A stretch of DNA of 62,533 nucleotides, counting the filler, from Choristocarpus tenellus KU-1152 (Eukaryota; Protista; Phaeophyceae): NCBI GenBank assembly GCA_964200185.2. It is 5 parts of 5 records of this genome, joined end to end, with 100 filler letters (N's around TTAATTAATTAA, not from the genome) between each part and the next. Parts side by side here need not be neighbours in the genome. Positions count along the whole stretch, not along the records: positions 1 to 19,273 come from CAXNAD020000481.1; positions 19,374 to 41,326 come from CAXNAD020000314.1; 3 more parts are not named here. One strand, written 5' to 3'. Positions 14,201 through 26,900 of the stretch are shown here, in pieces. Within the stretch, counting starts at the first letter, position 1. Each line of letters begins with the position of its first letter. Made by a program: the position numbers and the translations under genes. Below the pieces are notes generated by a model, which was not told the DNA's origin, ran no database searches, and saw nothing but the letters and a program-made list of their open reading frames with translations.

Positions 14201-17200
14201 TCCTTGCAAAGGAACAAGAAGCTGCTAACGCTGACTCTCCAGCTGGAGGTGTTGGTGGAGGTGCTGTAGCACTATCAGGTTTGTAACTGTGCACCATATC
14301 TCTCCCGTGGTCTGGCCCATTTGCCCATTGATTCTAAAAATTCACCGCGCCATATTGTCGAGTCGTAACCAAAAGCTAGATTTCAGCCACCTCTTTGCTC
14401 TCCCCACTATCTGCGCATGCACATGATCAACATGGAGGCTTAATAAATTGAATTCAATGCCTATCTTTGTAGTTTGAAATAATAGAACACACTGAGAAGC
14501 ACTCCTTTGTTGTGCTCTGAGGGTGGATAGTAAGCCTTTGTGTAACCCTTATTGAGGTAAGGTGCAGCATAACGGCATGATCAACCATTTTTTTCCAGAG
14601 TTGGTGAGGTCTTCTAATAACTTTGAACAGCCTCTTTGTGGACAATAATGACTAAATGTCCAGAATCTCATCAACGTCCTTTGCTTTAGGATAAGAAAAA
14701 CGATCTTTTGCAGGTTGGAAATTTCCTTATTATATCTGATTACCAGCCATTTCTAGTATTAATTATTGGGTAAATCATATCAGGTGGGGAGGTGCTGCTC
14801 GTCGACGTTCACAATTGTACGTTTGTTGACAATTTAGCTGTGAAGGGCACCAGCGGAGGGGCTATAGTGGTATCCAGGGGCGCAAGAGTGGTGGGAGACA
14901 TCGCCTCTTCTACCTTTGTGAAGAACAAGGTCAGTGGTGGAGTATGCCATGTGTCATAGTTTGGAGTATTGTGTTGTTTGTGTTTATGTTTGTGCCCCAG
15001 CTTTGGCAAATAGGGAGACAAAAGGTTGGGATTTCAATTTATATCTACCACTGCTTTTTGTATGATAATAGTTTGTGATTGTCACATGATCATGCCCAGG
15101 TACAGATGTATATCTTAGGTATATCTCCAGTTTGACGTTGCAACCGTAGAACTGATTCAAAACGATTGTACTGAAGTGTAGTTGCCTATAGGAGGTACGC
15201 ACACCTTCCTATCAGCAAACTAGGAGAGGGGAGATTCCGTCCTTAAATACTGAATGTTCAACCCCATCAACTATGTCGGCCTGGTCTCGTCAAACCTGGA
15301 TGTTCACCGCACTCTCCCAGGTTCAGCATGGTGGGACTGGAGGTGGAATCCTGGTTGGGACAGGAAGCTCAATCTCTGGCGTCATTTCATCATTCTTCAC
15401 TAGCAATCAGCAAGTGAGGTGCAATTCAAATGTGTAGGGAATCATGGTGTACACCAAGACATGAGCTTGTAGGCCTTGGTGTATGGTTCACAGTTTTAGG
15501 AAGAAGTGTATGTGAAGGTGACTTCAAAAGTCTGGGCTTCTTATTTTGCCTTTACTATGATGCAGTGTGTCTTACTTATAATTTGACACAGTTCTGTGTT
15601 TTTTGATTGATACGCTGACAAAGTTCCGAGAACATCATAGAATTTGGAAGTTATGAAGTGTAGCGTGGGGACGAATGCCCTTAAAGAGTGATTCCATAAA
15701 AATATAGCAAGCAGTGTGACACTTTTTTTTTGCACTTTATCGTTCTCAGAAGGATGGATCGCTCTGAACTATTTTCTGGCCAAATTCCTCCAAGAAGTGG
15801 AGCACCCAAAGAGGCGGTTCAATTTTGGTTCTTCCTAATTTCATAGACTTTGCAAACTTTCTGCAATATTTGCTATGCCCATGCCTGAAGTAGAGTTAAC
15901 CACCTTTGGGAGGGCATAGTTATACAAGAGGAGATTTGCCATGAACACACCAATTGCTGAAAGTGCCCTCCACAGTACTCAAGACACGTGTACCACCAGG
16001 CAATCAGAGGGGCGTTCACAACTCAATGACACTCCCCTCTTAGCAAGTGCTACGATGACGTGTTTTTCCTGCTCCTTTGTCCATGTCTGACATGATGGGG
16101 CTATGGATTGTATTGTTATTCTTTCGATCTTGAAAGATGAACACGAATGAGAAACCGAAATGGTCTTGTGAATTCACCTTAACTGGTTGGGCTCTACAAA
16201 CCTTTGCCATTCATATATTCGCATTCTGCATTGAATCTAATCGCTGCTCAAGTCGAACTCCAACCTCAAAGTCTGTAAATCACCATTACCATCAAATCCA
16301 GAGTATTATCCAGACCCCAACATCACCGATAATGACTTTCAGATGATGAAACTGGTCATCTTGGCACTATATCATTATTCAGACCCTGGCTCTTACCTGT
16401 GATCTTGCCTTGTCTTGTAACATAAATGTTTTCCTTGAACCCCAATATAGGCAATAATGAATTCTGGGGGGAACATCTCAATACTGAGTGGGTGCAGCTT
16501 CTCAAAAAATTGCGTCGATATTTTTCTTCACTCGGACCACAGTGGCGCTTCAAGAGCTGTAAGAGAATCAACTGCGGCAGTTGCAGGCGTTGGTGCAGTG
16601 TTTGGGACCATTGAGGTTGGTGAAGGCCCATATTCCTATTCCTGCATTAGGATTGTGGCACTTGTAATGTCGTACACAATACACTCCCTCAACACTTCTA
16701 CTTTGAAGAAAGATTATTTTGGATACTCGCTATTCTTGTGTAGTGAAAAGGTCTTTCTTGCTGAATACGTTCTTCGTAAAAGCTTAGTATGGGCAACAAT
16801 ACACCAATGTTTATGTTCGCAACCTTTGGTGGACATGAATGCTGACCGAATGGAGGATGAGTGGTTTGTACTCAAGAGTAAAAAGGTTTGTCCTTGAGCA
16901 AGGCGTGGGTATTTAATACATGTCTCCTTAAGGATTTTTTGGGAATACGTCCCCATTACACTTTGTAGCTTTCCTATGGTTTGTGTTTGTGCTTGCCTAT
17001 TCTCGAATATTGTTAGGCAAGAATGAACTGATCAGATGACCATTCAAAGCAGTGTAACTTATGTTGCTGTTTCACCATAAAATGTTGCCCCTCCAAGGAT
17101 AAATCTATGTGCTAAATCTATCCATATATCGATTGTTGTGCTTTGCAAATCCATTTTTCGTCTTACTTTAGTATTTATCTGATGATCTTGCCGAGTTTGT

Positions 17201-17672
17201 TACTTGCTTTTGCAGTTGAAGGGATATTCATCCCCCTACTGTACGCCATATTTCAGACAATATATATCTGGCGATACAGTCAAATACTAACAGTTGTGTG
17301 TCCTTTCGAAATGCCACCCAAGCATGATTTGTGTTATGAGCATATCGTTTGTGCAGTTATTCCATGCACAAGTTTTTCTTGTTTTCCATTAGGGCCTAGA
17401 CTCCCTGTCTTGATCAGCTATCCTCATGCATTTCCGTCTTTCACATTTGAATTGCATCACTGTTGTTCACATCTCCCATATCTACAAGACTATTGTGTCA
17501 ATTGCACCTCTGAATGTCTTTGTTCTGTCTCTCTTCCTGAACCCACTTTTCAGCCTTCACACCCTTGTTCCTTTTCGCTTGGTTTTCCTGACAGAGTTGC
17601 CTCTTCGACGGCAACCGCGCCTTGTCCCCAGGGGGGAGTGGCTTGGCCTTAGTTCACAGTTCTGCAATTAGC
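2209..17672 (+). CDS. Secreted Pmp/POMP-repeat (pectin-lyase-like beta-helix) protein, multi-exon, 3' end not found before the gap
   Basis: GT-AG exons read by hand: 2209-2236, 2773-2993, 3711-3821, 6265-6363, 7074-7162, 8631-8786, 10272-10363, 11274-11497, 12123-12264, 12633-12837, 13120-13247, 14119-14278, 14784-14929, 15321-15413, 16451-16615, 17595-17672. Exons 1+2 give the signal-peptide-like MRHHGFRRLFLCVTLWALQGDG. Repeated FxxN...GG(A/G)(I/V/L/M) motifs occur (FIGN..HGGAV, FSSN..GGGL, FEGN..GAGGAI, FMDN..GGGAI, FVDN..SGGAI), the Chlamydia Pmp repeat signature of a family known to be expanded in Ectocarpus. A phase mismatch between 7162 and 8631 suggests at least one missed exon. Confidence 0.8.
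3960..4720 (-). mobile_element. Probable degenerate non-LTR (LINE) reverse transcriptase remnant in an intron
   Basis: Minus-strand fragments LEKLVKVG*LEALVHSMY, LQQGSNTISM*F (cf. LRQGxxLSPxLF) and LIFFADAI (cf. LxFADD) appear in RT order, with many stops and frameshifts. Confidence 0.35.
5481..5737. mobile_element. MITE family C (257 bp)
   Basis: Imperfect TIRs GAGCCAAAGTAAATGAGAGGTAC / GTACCTCTCGCTTACTTTGACTC. The interior aligns by eye with the copy near 29440-29596. Confidence 0.7.
11680..11790 (+). repeat. Degenerate TTAGGG-like interstitial repeat (intronic)
   Basis: GGTTAGAGTTAGGG...TTTAGGGTCAGGGTTTGGGTT...GGTCAGG. Confidence 0.4.
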
Positions 17673-18089
17673 GTGAGTACTACAGTGAATAGTCAGCACT
17701 ATATTCCACTTTAATTCATGGCCATTCTGTCTTCTCCGCTGGTGTGGTATATGCTAATATATGTTACTAACAAGCTGAGCTCCACTAGTTGTAGTTTGAC
17801 AGCCTAAACTATTACTGGTGTTCTAGTCTCTCAAATTAATGGAGCACAACTTGCCAGAATGCTTTAGGGTGATATATACGGACTACATGCAGTGTGGACA
17901 TGCAGCGAGCATTAGCAGTCTTACATTGTGAAGCCTACAACATGAGAGAATTATTTTCATTTTTTACAGTACAATGGAGTAATTTCTGTCACCTAGTGTA
18001 AAATATATTTTTTGCTTACTTTGATGTGAATGAGAAGGCTCCTGGAGACTCCCCAAGAAAAACATAGCTTCTGAAGACAGGAAAGATCA

Positions 18090-19200
18090 AGTGAAGCACA
18101 ATCTCGGACTAAGAGGTCTCGTTTCCTATTTGGAAGTGGCTCCCATGGTTCGGATGATGTATGCAAGAGCAGTCATATCCCTCAAACTACTGTTTTCTCA
18201 TTCGAAGCGGTTTGCACGTATCATGTGTGTAGAGAGTCGTGTCAAGACTTGGTATTTACGCAACGTTGAGGGATTGGTACATTGCGATGGCTCAAAGTTA
18301 AATAGTTCATGTGCTATTCTTTGAGGGATTCCCTATATCCAAATTGAGTGATGATACAACTTTTACCAATCCCTCTACCTTTTTGAGGGGGCTGTTTGAT
18401 ATTTTCTCTTAAGAGTCTTGGATTTATATGTCTTAATTGTGTTGTCCAAAGTGAGGATGTGGACGTGTGGTAAGGCTGTTGGATGCGTTCAACACGCTTC
18501 GATTACACTAGGACGATCTTGATCTCTTTGACCTCTTTATTTCTATGAGAGATGTGTTGCAATTCATTAAGAAGTCACACCAGCTATTTCACCCATGCTA
18601 TGGTTGGTGCACAAATTGCATCATTACTGGCAAATAAACTGAACATGTTCTGGATTTCCTATGGATTTTCTCAAGGAATCTGTTTTTATCTTACTCATTG
18701 AGCAACGTATCTGTGTTTGTGAACTCTCCTGCAATCTTGACAGGTTAAGTTGTGCTTTATCATATCTTATTTTGTGGGTCGTTTATTGTCTAATAGAGGA
18801 ATAAAAAGCTTGGAAAGTGCAACGTTTTGGTGTAGGACATTGATCATATTGAACAAGCCCATTGAGGTTTCGGTTGGCCAAACGTTTGTGATGCGCTATG
18901 GTAGTGTGACCATGTGTTCTTCATTGTTGGATTAGAACTAGCCGAGCCTCTGACAATGTAATGTGCACATGTATATTAGAATTCCGATGAAAATGGGTAA
19001 TGCCTCTCATTAGCATGCTCTATGGTGTTCCCGCTGCTAAGTTTGCTTTCTGCAATAAATCCAGACCATCGCGTGTTGTACCAAAAGCTCAAGCTTCGTC
19101 CTCTTTAATTTCCAAACCGCCCACTCCTTTTCACATTGCCTGCAGCCTAGCCCCGTTATATTTCCCTGGAGAATGGTCTACCATCTCAGCGCCCTGAGAT
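18090..19200 (-). mobile_element. Possible degenerate non-LTR retrotransposon C-terminal remnant
   Basis: Long interrupted minus-strand reading frames (e.g. LRKYQVLTRLSTHMIRANRF, KGVGGLEIK) loosely resemble post-RT regions of LINEs. No intact ORF. Confidence 0.25.
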
Positions 19201-19273
19201 TCCCCCCCCCCCCCCCCCCTTCTCTCTCCCCCCCCCTGTTTTTTTTTTTTTTTTTTGTGGGGGGGTGAATCTT

Positions 19274-19373
19274 NNNNNNNNNNNNNNNNNNNNNNNNNNN
19301 NNNNNNNNNNNNNNNNNTTAATTAATTAANNNNNNNNNNNNNNNNNNNNNNNNNNNNNNNNNNNNNNNNNNNN
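19274..19373. other. Assembly gap with artificial six-frame-stop spacer
   Basis: 44 N + TTAATTAATTAA + 44 N, identical to the other three gaps. Confidence 0.97.
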
Positions 19374-19787
19374 GGGAGGGGGAGTTTTTGTGGGGGGGGG
19401 GGGGGGGGGGGGGGGGGGTGCGGTCGGCTCGTGCGGGCCGCCCCCCCCCCCCCCCCCCCTTCCTACTTTCTTGAAACTCCTTTTTTTTTCTGCAAGTTTT
19501 ACAATGTGTGTTTTATTATTGGTCTTTCAGGTGTAACTATTTATTGATTGTGTACAATGATTGCCATTGGTCGTCTTCTTGACCTGTTGTAGTGAAGACC
19601 TCCCTTTCTCCTACCACGTGATTGATAGAACAGAGTTGTAGAGAGGCTATCATATGTTATGTGGAATATGGAAAGCTTGTGAACCCAGTCTCATGTCCTA
19701 TACAGGTTCTTCAAAGTAGTAGGACTGACTTGGAAAGTAAACCTCAACTCTGCCCAACACTGTACACTACAGTCCCACCCTTTATAG

Positions 19788-22700
19788 ATTTCATTCTTGC
19801 CTGAAAATGTGACAACCTCAAGTGGCATAGGTGTAACTGCCTCGGGTGGAGGAGGGCTGGGGGATCAATCTGCTATGTCTGGATTCAATCTTCCTCCTGG
19901 GTGCAAAGAGGGCATGGATGTGGCCCCTTGTCCCCCTGCTGCAGTGTGCAGCTCTGGGAGCATCCTCAGCTGTGATGTCCCCTTTGATCTATCCCCTCGG
20001 GGGGACGACTGCATCATGTCTTTAGAGCTGCGTCAGGAGTTGAGCGTTGTTGTAGACTTCCTTAGGTGCGGAAACCCCTACTTGCTCTTTTTTGTGTTCT
20101 AGATATCTAGGAGTGATTTTGTTGCTTTTGGTCTTTATTACTGGTAGTTTTTCAGGGGAAAAGAGCTATTCTTCCCTTGAACTTTTGAGTATTTGAGAAG
20201 GTTGTGAGTGGACCACTCATACAGATACTTTTGTTTGAAGTGCCACCCACTGAAAAATGACGGTGTTTGTTAGTGTTGAGGCAGGCATTTGTAGAGGAGT
20301 AACAATGGTGGCTTGTAATGCATGGGTATGATGTTTTGAGATGAGGAGATGTGTGCTTGAAGTGTACTTCTTCCCTCCCCTGGCTGGGAGTGGATTAACA
20401 CTTGAGTTTTTTTTGGTTCTTCCCTATTCAGAAGCTGCATTCATGTTCACTATTTCACGTGTGGGATGGTAAAAGGGTTGGTGACATGTAGACCGTCAGC
20501 TACTCTTTTGGCTTCAAATGACACACCTGCCTCCATCTTCTCCTTGTCCACCTATCCCCACGATCAGGGAGAAGACAGTAGTGGACCAATGCGGTGGTGG
20601 TCTCTTTGCACCCATTGCTGACAAGAGTGAGGTCACACTGGCAGAGGTGGAAGAGGCTGGAACAATGAGGTATGGAACAGTGAGCAACATCTGAAAGAGA
20701 GTTGGGGAGAGGGATATGTGAGAGTTGGGAAGTAAGTCTCGAGTGAGGAAGTCGGGGAAGTTGTAAGCCTGGATTGGGATGCTTAAGGCAGCAGTTTGTG
20801 TCAGACAATTCTTTTTTTTTTTAGTGTCAATTGGTGGGGCAGGGGAAGAGGTTTGTGTGCATTTAGGTTTTCTCACCCTATTCTGCGCCTATTGCAGTCG
20901 CAGAGCGAGTGGACATCCTAGGGTGAAGAAGGCGTTGACGATACATTTTTATTTTATTGCTGCCCCCATTGCAATTGTGTGCTCGGCAATGGCTCCTTGC
21001 TGTGGGAATGACCTCGCTGTGCTGTGCATACCTGAGGGTCGGGTTGGCTCTGGTGTAGTGATGTTCGCTGGGACCAACAAAAGGTTGAATAGTTGATGGC
21101 GTTGGGGATGACTTGTGTGTGAAGATTTGTGATATCTCGATTGTGTTGTTCCTGGTATGTAGGTTGAATTCACATATGTGTAGTGTGTCCACAAGCTCTG
21201 CTCCGCTGGGAGTCTTTACGTACACCGTAGCCTCTCTGAAATGCTGCAAAGCACAAGTTTGAGATATTCATTTGAGAATCACACAGAAGGCTCCTGTGTG
21301 TAAACAAAGTGCTGAGTGAACCCCTCCCCCCGTCCCTGCAGGTTTTCGCTGCTCCCCTCGTTGATGTCTGGTGGCGTCCTTTCAGACACCCTTGAACTGG
21401 CTCCTTTGAAAGAGGAGGGGGGTGACGATGGGGCAGAGTTGGACCCAGATGCAGGGGTTGGTGGGGGGGAGGTGAGGGTGAGGCTGTCCGATGCTGAGGC
21501 GAAGGATGTCGATTTGCCGTTTGTGTGTAAGGTGCGGCTGTGGATGATGCTCTCAGTACAGGCTCATTGGAAGGTGAGTTATGATAGTGATGAATCCCAT
21601 GTGGCTGGTGTGTGCATGCGTGTGTGCGTTTGTGAGTGTGTGTGTGTGAGTGTGTGTGTGAATCATGCCTGTGATTCCAATGCCTTCTGTTGCACAGGTA
21701 TGAGTAGAGCTCTGTTTTTTTTTTGGTCAGGGGCAATGATGATTACGCTTTCATTGCTCGGAAGGCCCAAAGTTTCTACTTTGTAGAGCCAGTCTTGTTG
21801 AGGGTTGCGCTCGAGGCAGGAGTCACTCTTTTTTGAGCTGGTAAATATGCCCTCTTTTGGAATGGAACAGGAAATGTTATGGGAGGTAGGAATGCATGCC
21901 AAGTTGCCTGGCGTGGTGATTGACTTTGTTTCGCCTCTTCTTGCTGGAGCTTGAGGGTGTGTGATTACGGGGATGAAGGGGAATAAGGAGGCTTGTTGTG
22001 GTGTAGCCGGAATTTGAAATGCACAAGAGGTCTGTTGGTAGTGATGACTGATTCCAGAAGTGCATCATACTCCGTCTATTTTGTTGGTTCCTTGCATTAC
22101 TTTGACTACTCCAGGGTAATTTTTTATTTTGTCTTAAGACTTTGAGCTAAGGGCAGGGGTGTTAGGTTCAGCCCCCACATTTTTTTGTTTGTTTTCATGT
22201 GTTTGTATTCTAAGGACACAAAGAGTGACAGGCTTCCTCTTGTGCTGCTACTGTTGTAGGTGATTTGTCAAGTTGTCCAGTTCCATTCTGTTGTTGTTGT
22301 GAGAATTGTCACGGCTGAGCCTGGGGTTTGAGAAAGGACTCAAAACAATGTTTTTGCTGACGTTAGAGCTGGCCGCTGAATTGTGTAGGGGTTTGGTAGT
22401 TCAGGTCAGTATGAAGACGGCACTACTTCAGTATGGAACGAGCAGCTGCAGGAGTACGTCCCCCGTTGTTGCTGAGGGAGGATGTTTTGAATGACCGGGG
22501 GAAGAGTTGGGGTTGATGGTGTTTATTGTTGTGAGGACAGATGTGTGCTGATTCTAGAGCATATCTGTGGTGATTTAATAGTGGTATGTTTGAATGATTT
22601 CCACGATATTTTGGTGGATAGTAGTCTACAGACAGAGTCAAGGTATGCGGGATTATTTATGGTAGGGGGGGGGGACGTGGTTGGCCCTGGGCTTCAATGC

Positions 22701-23929
22701 CTTCTGACAGGTACGTGAAACCGAAAGAGAAGGAGGACCAATTCATTAATCATCAACACCTTGCCACAACATACTAATCTTACATGGCTCAGCAGTACCA
22801 ACTGTCGCCACAATGTTGAGTAGAGCATGTAGGAAGACACACTGGGTGGTGTAGTAGTACATGCAAGGACCTTGACGTTGGCTCTGGAGGCATGGCTGAG
22901 CACCGGTGGGGTGTTGTTGTGGCAGGTACCAGGAAATCGACTTGACTACTTTTTGGTGATTGTGAGGCCGGCCTACCTCTTCTTTTGACTTTTTTGCAGG
23001 TCTTGATGGGGTTATTCATCATGCTGGTGTTAGTGCTGTGGATGGACTTCAGGAGACTGAGTTACTACAATCTGCACAAGAAGGTACCAATCCACACAGT
23101 ATACTGCATAGTGACAACATTACTGTGTTGTGGGGGGTGCCCATGTTTCAAGAGGAGGGATGTTTTTGGCGCAGGCCGTGTATGCTCTAAAAAAATCGTT
23201 GTGGGTGGAGTGGCATGTTGTTACGATATTTACCAACTATGGTATATAGAGTTTGATGTAGACTGCCAAATGTTTCTTACGTGGTCGTACTATGCTGCTC
23301 ACTAAACGATAACCCTATCCCGAATGCTGGTGGGATAATTACCTCAGTGTGATTTGGACTGCTCTCCCCTGTCCCCCCCCCCCCAGCGTTATGCAACAGG
23401 TTTGTTGCCAGTGAGGGTTACGGTGTGGATCAATACATTTTAAAGTACTTTTGTAGTATCATCAACATTGTTGTTCAAATTGTAGTGGGGATGTAGCAGG
23501 GACTCAAAGAGACAACGCTCATGGGCAGGAGGTAATGTCTCAATAGGCAGCCGAGGCATTCGCCACAGTTGAAGTTTGAGAGGCTTGGGGTAAAACACAA
23601 GAGTGTCCAAAAAAGAGAGTCACCCATGCCGTAGTGGAAAGGACTGGCCTCCCGTTGCTGCTCAGGAGTAGTCATCTCATATCAGATGTGATGGCACCCC
23701 CTATTTGAGATGACACCCCAACCGTTGCCACCGGATCGAGGCTGTTGTATGCTTTGCCGCAGTGAGCTACAGGCGTCACAGTTCTTTTTCTCAAAGCGCC
23801 TTCCACATTTCCAGAGCAGGCAATAATATTTTAGGCACATTAGTGTTTTTTGTGCAAGTTGGGCCACAATGTTCAAGGCCATTTTGGGGCAAAACGGGCA
23901 GGTGCATTTAAAATAAAATAAAATAAAAA

Positions 23930-23967
<38 letters not shown>

Positions 23968-26900
23968 CTTGTTTCAGGGGGCCCTTCACTTAACATTGGC
24001 ACCCTGCTTGTGTCCAAGGCACCCCTTGTGGCTGGTTTAGCTTGTCCGTGGATGGTAACCTGGATGTGAGAGTCTGGGCAATGCGTGGCATTCTACACAT
24101 CCCGAGGTTTTGCTAGCCACAGTGTGTCAAAATTTCGTGTATGATGTTTAATCCTGAGCCTGAATTCAGATAGACGCCTTCTGCTATTACATAAGGTAGT
24201 TTCAATTGAGGAATAAGAAATATTCCACAACAGGTGTGTGGCTAGACAAGTTTTGTGTGTTTGGCTGACTGGCGCTTGTGTTCTGAGGCCTTACTGGGGG
24301 AGTCCCTCTACTTCCTTCTCCTTTCCTTACCCAATCCCCGGTCGCTCCTTTGTTGGGATTTTTTTAAAGCGGAAGACTTGACTGCTGCAGGAGTATTAGT
24401 CAATACTCCTGGTGTCGCTGTGCATTTGTAGTTGGGGGGTGGGGGGGTACAAGAGGCAATTCGTTGTATCCCCCAATTGATTGATTTTGCTGTATTTTTG
24501 TTGTGTACCTGGTTGTGAAGGTGCTTAGTTTCAACCAGCACTTATTATTATTATTGTTGTTATTATTATTATTAATGTTATTATTATTAATATTGTTATT
24601 ATTATTATGGTAAAAGGTGATGGTGAAGTACCAAAATATATGGTTGTGTGTTCCTGACCCTCAGACTAAACTCACCCACATTGCTCTCCCTCCCCTACCC
24701 TCGACCTCGTTTTTTTTTGAGGAGTTGTTCACACTTTCCTCCCAGGTTCCTAGTCTCTCCACTTGAATGTACTGTGACTATCCAATGTTGAAGCATGTGG
24801 TTGTGCTTAGCCCTTCCCTTGTGGACAATGACAATAAGCTATATATAGCTGTTTGTATGGTATATACAGAGTGCATCGAATGGATAGTTTGAAGTGCTCA
24901 TATTTCTGTGTTTGTGTGGTTTGGTGCCCCTACCGAATCTCCTCACCCCTGTTCTTTGCCACCAAGGTTTGCACTACCAGGGACCTGGCTTATAAGGCGC
25001 TCTTGGACCATGCTGCCAGCAGTGAGAGTCCTATGCAGGTGAGTATGTAGTAGGTGGTAGAGGAGATTGGAGGTGATAGTTTGTCATAGTTTGTCATAGT
25101 TTGTGTATGAAACATGCTTTTTTTTTTTGGAACTGCCAGTGCATTCATAATACACAATACACAACACACACACACACACACACAAGTAAGCACCCTCAAG
25201 CATGCCTTTAGGCAGCCTCAAGATATTCTCCATCTTCTCTCGTTTCTCTCTCCCAACCACACTGTGCTGTCAATATTGACATGCAGCAGCAGCAGCAGCA
25301 GCAGACATTTGCATGCATGTCTTGCACTATTATGTTTGGATGTGTTTTGGTGTACTCGCTATCATGTCCCCTGCTGCGCGCAATGCACTATTGATGTTTT
25401 GTAGGTGATAGTTAACATTGCCGTTTGGTAGATTGGCTTCATGAGGGATGTATGTTGTGTCTATCACCCCCTTACTGTTGTTGAACGAGGAGTACAAAAG
25501 AGACTCCGTTCGGGGCAGCGTGCATACTAATCATGAGGAGACCTCTGCTTTTTTTTAAGACTTGTTATGGAATTGCGTTCTCAATCTGTCTTGATTGTCG
25601 GCTTGAAAATGAACCAAGCAAGTGGTGGTAAGAGGTTGAGACCTTTTTTGAAGGAGGAAAAAAAAAACTTGTCAGTTCAGATCAGTAGACTCCATGCACG
25701 CCCGGGATTCCACCTCCTGATAATGAACGAGGTTTGGGTGGAAGGAAATGACCCTTTCGTTGGGTTTTTAGCATCTTCAACTCGTCTCATCTCACTGAGG
25801 CTTTCCCCCCCCCCCCTCTTTTTGGCTGGATCTCACAGTCCAGGACTATTGCTTGGTGTAGACATGACTGCTGTGGTGTGATTGGGAAGAGCGTATGTGT
25901 CTACACACCAATATGTACATGTACATTATGTACTGTTACAGCTTTTGTCGATCCCCCCTCCTCCCCTCCCTTACACCTACACTCTACGTGCAATGCTACG
26001 GGGCGCCACGGCCCCATGTTCTGACTTGCAGGTACCACACATCCAAGATTTTGTGCTTGATCAACAACGAGGCCGGGGAGCCTCAAGTGCTTCGCAGAAG
26101 CGATACATGAAACAGGCGCTGTGGCCCTTGGTGAGACCCCTCTCCCCCTCCCCCCTCCTTTTGTGTGTTGGCTTTTCCTGTTGATTTCAGATTTCAGATT
26201 TGACGCGATGATTGGCTGGGTAGAAGGTAGAATGGGACTGGGTGGCGCCAGTGTTGTAAGAGCTTGTCAGTGGAGTGTCAGCTTGGACGGAAATTGTGGA
26301 GTAGGAGCCCATCTGTTGTGTCTGGGAGGGCTTAGAGGCACGATCGGAAGTTGTGCATGATATACGCAGGCGCAGTGTTGTGATTTTGATGAGATTCCTT
26401 TCTTTTCTTCTTGTACTTTTTTTGGTTCTGTTCAAGCCCCCTTGGGTACATTAGTGATGCCTCCATGAAAGTGCCGAACTATTGAGCCCAAATTGTTTGG
26501 CGTGCTCACCAAACCTTCACTCACTCGAGAGGATGGTTGACACTAAGCACCCCGTACACAGCTTGTGCTTCCTTTTCAGCTACGGAATGCTCTGGGCGCT
26601 CTTCTGTATCACACTTTCTGTAGTAGGTAGATGGAGGAAAGGGGTGTGCTTCAGTATAAATAAGTTCATCGTTTTGTTTCCCAGACCATGAACCCAAGAA
26701 GACAGAACTGTGTATGGCAAGTGAAGCATTCGCCAGTTGACCTGCCGACAGGATTATATGCCTTCGTGAAGGTTTGGGGTGCTGGGCTTGATTGCTCGTT
26801 GCCTCAACTCCTCTCCACCAACATGTACATGTACAATCCACACTTTTTCTGCGTTAGTTTCCCTGACATCTTGCACCTCGCTCGTGTCGTTGCGTCTAAC

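Noticed and set aside
19318-19329. Recurrent palindrome TTAATTAATTAA (also at 41371, 45784, 58614)
   Set aside because: Centred in identical N runs; an artificial six-frame-stop linker, not biology.
19201-19460. Poly-C/poly-G runs as G-quadruplexes
   Set aside because: They flank a gap and look like low-quality contig ends.
26685-26771. Phase-0 exon TMNPRRQNCVWQ...AFVK using a GC donor at 26116
   Set aside because: The GT donor at 26131 gives ALWPL-VDEEVASDSRIRR, which fits the MAN1 winged-helix motif without an insertion.
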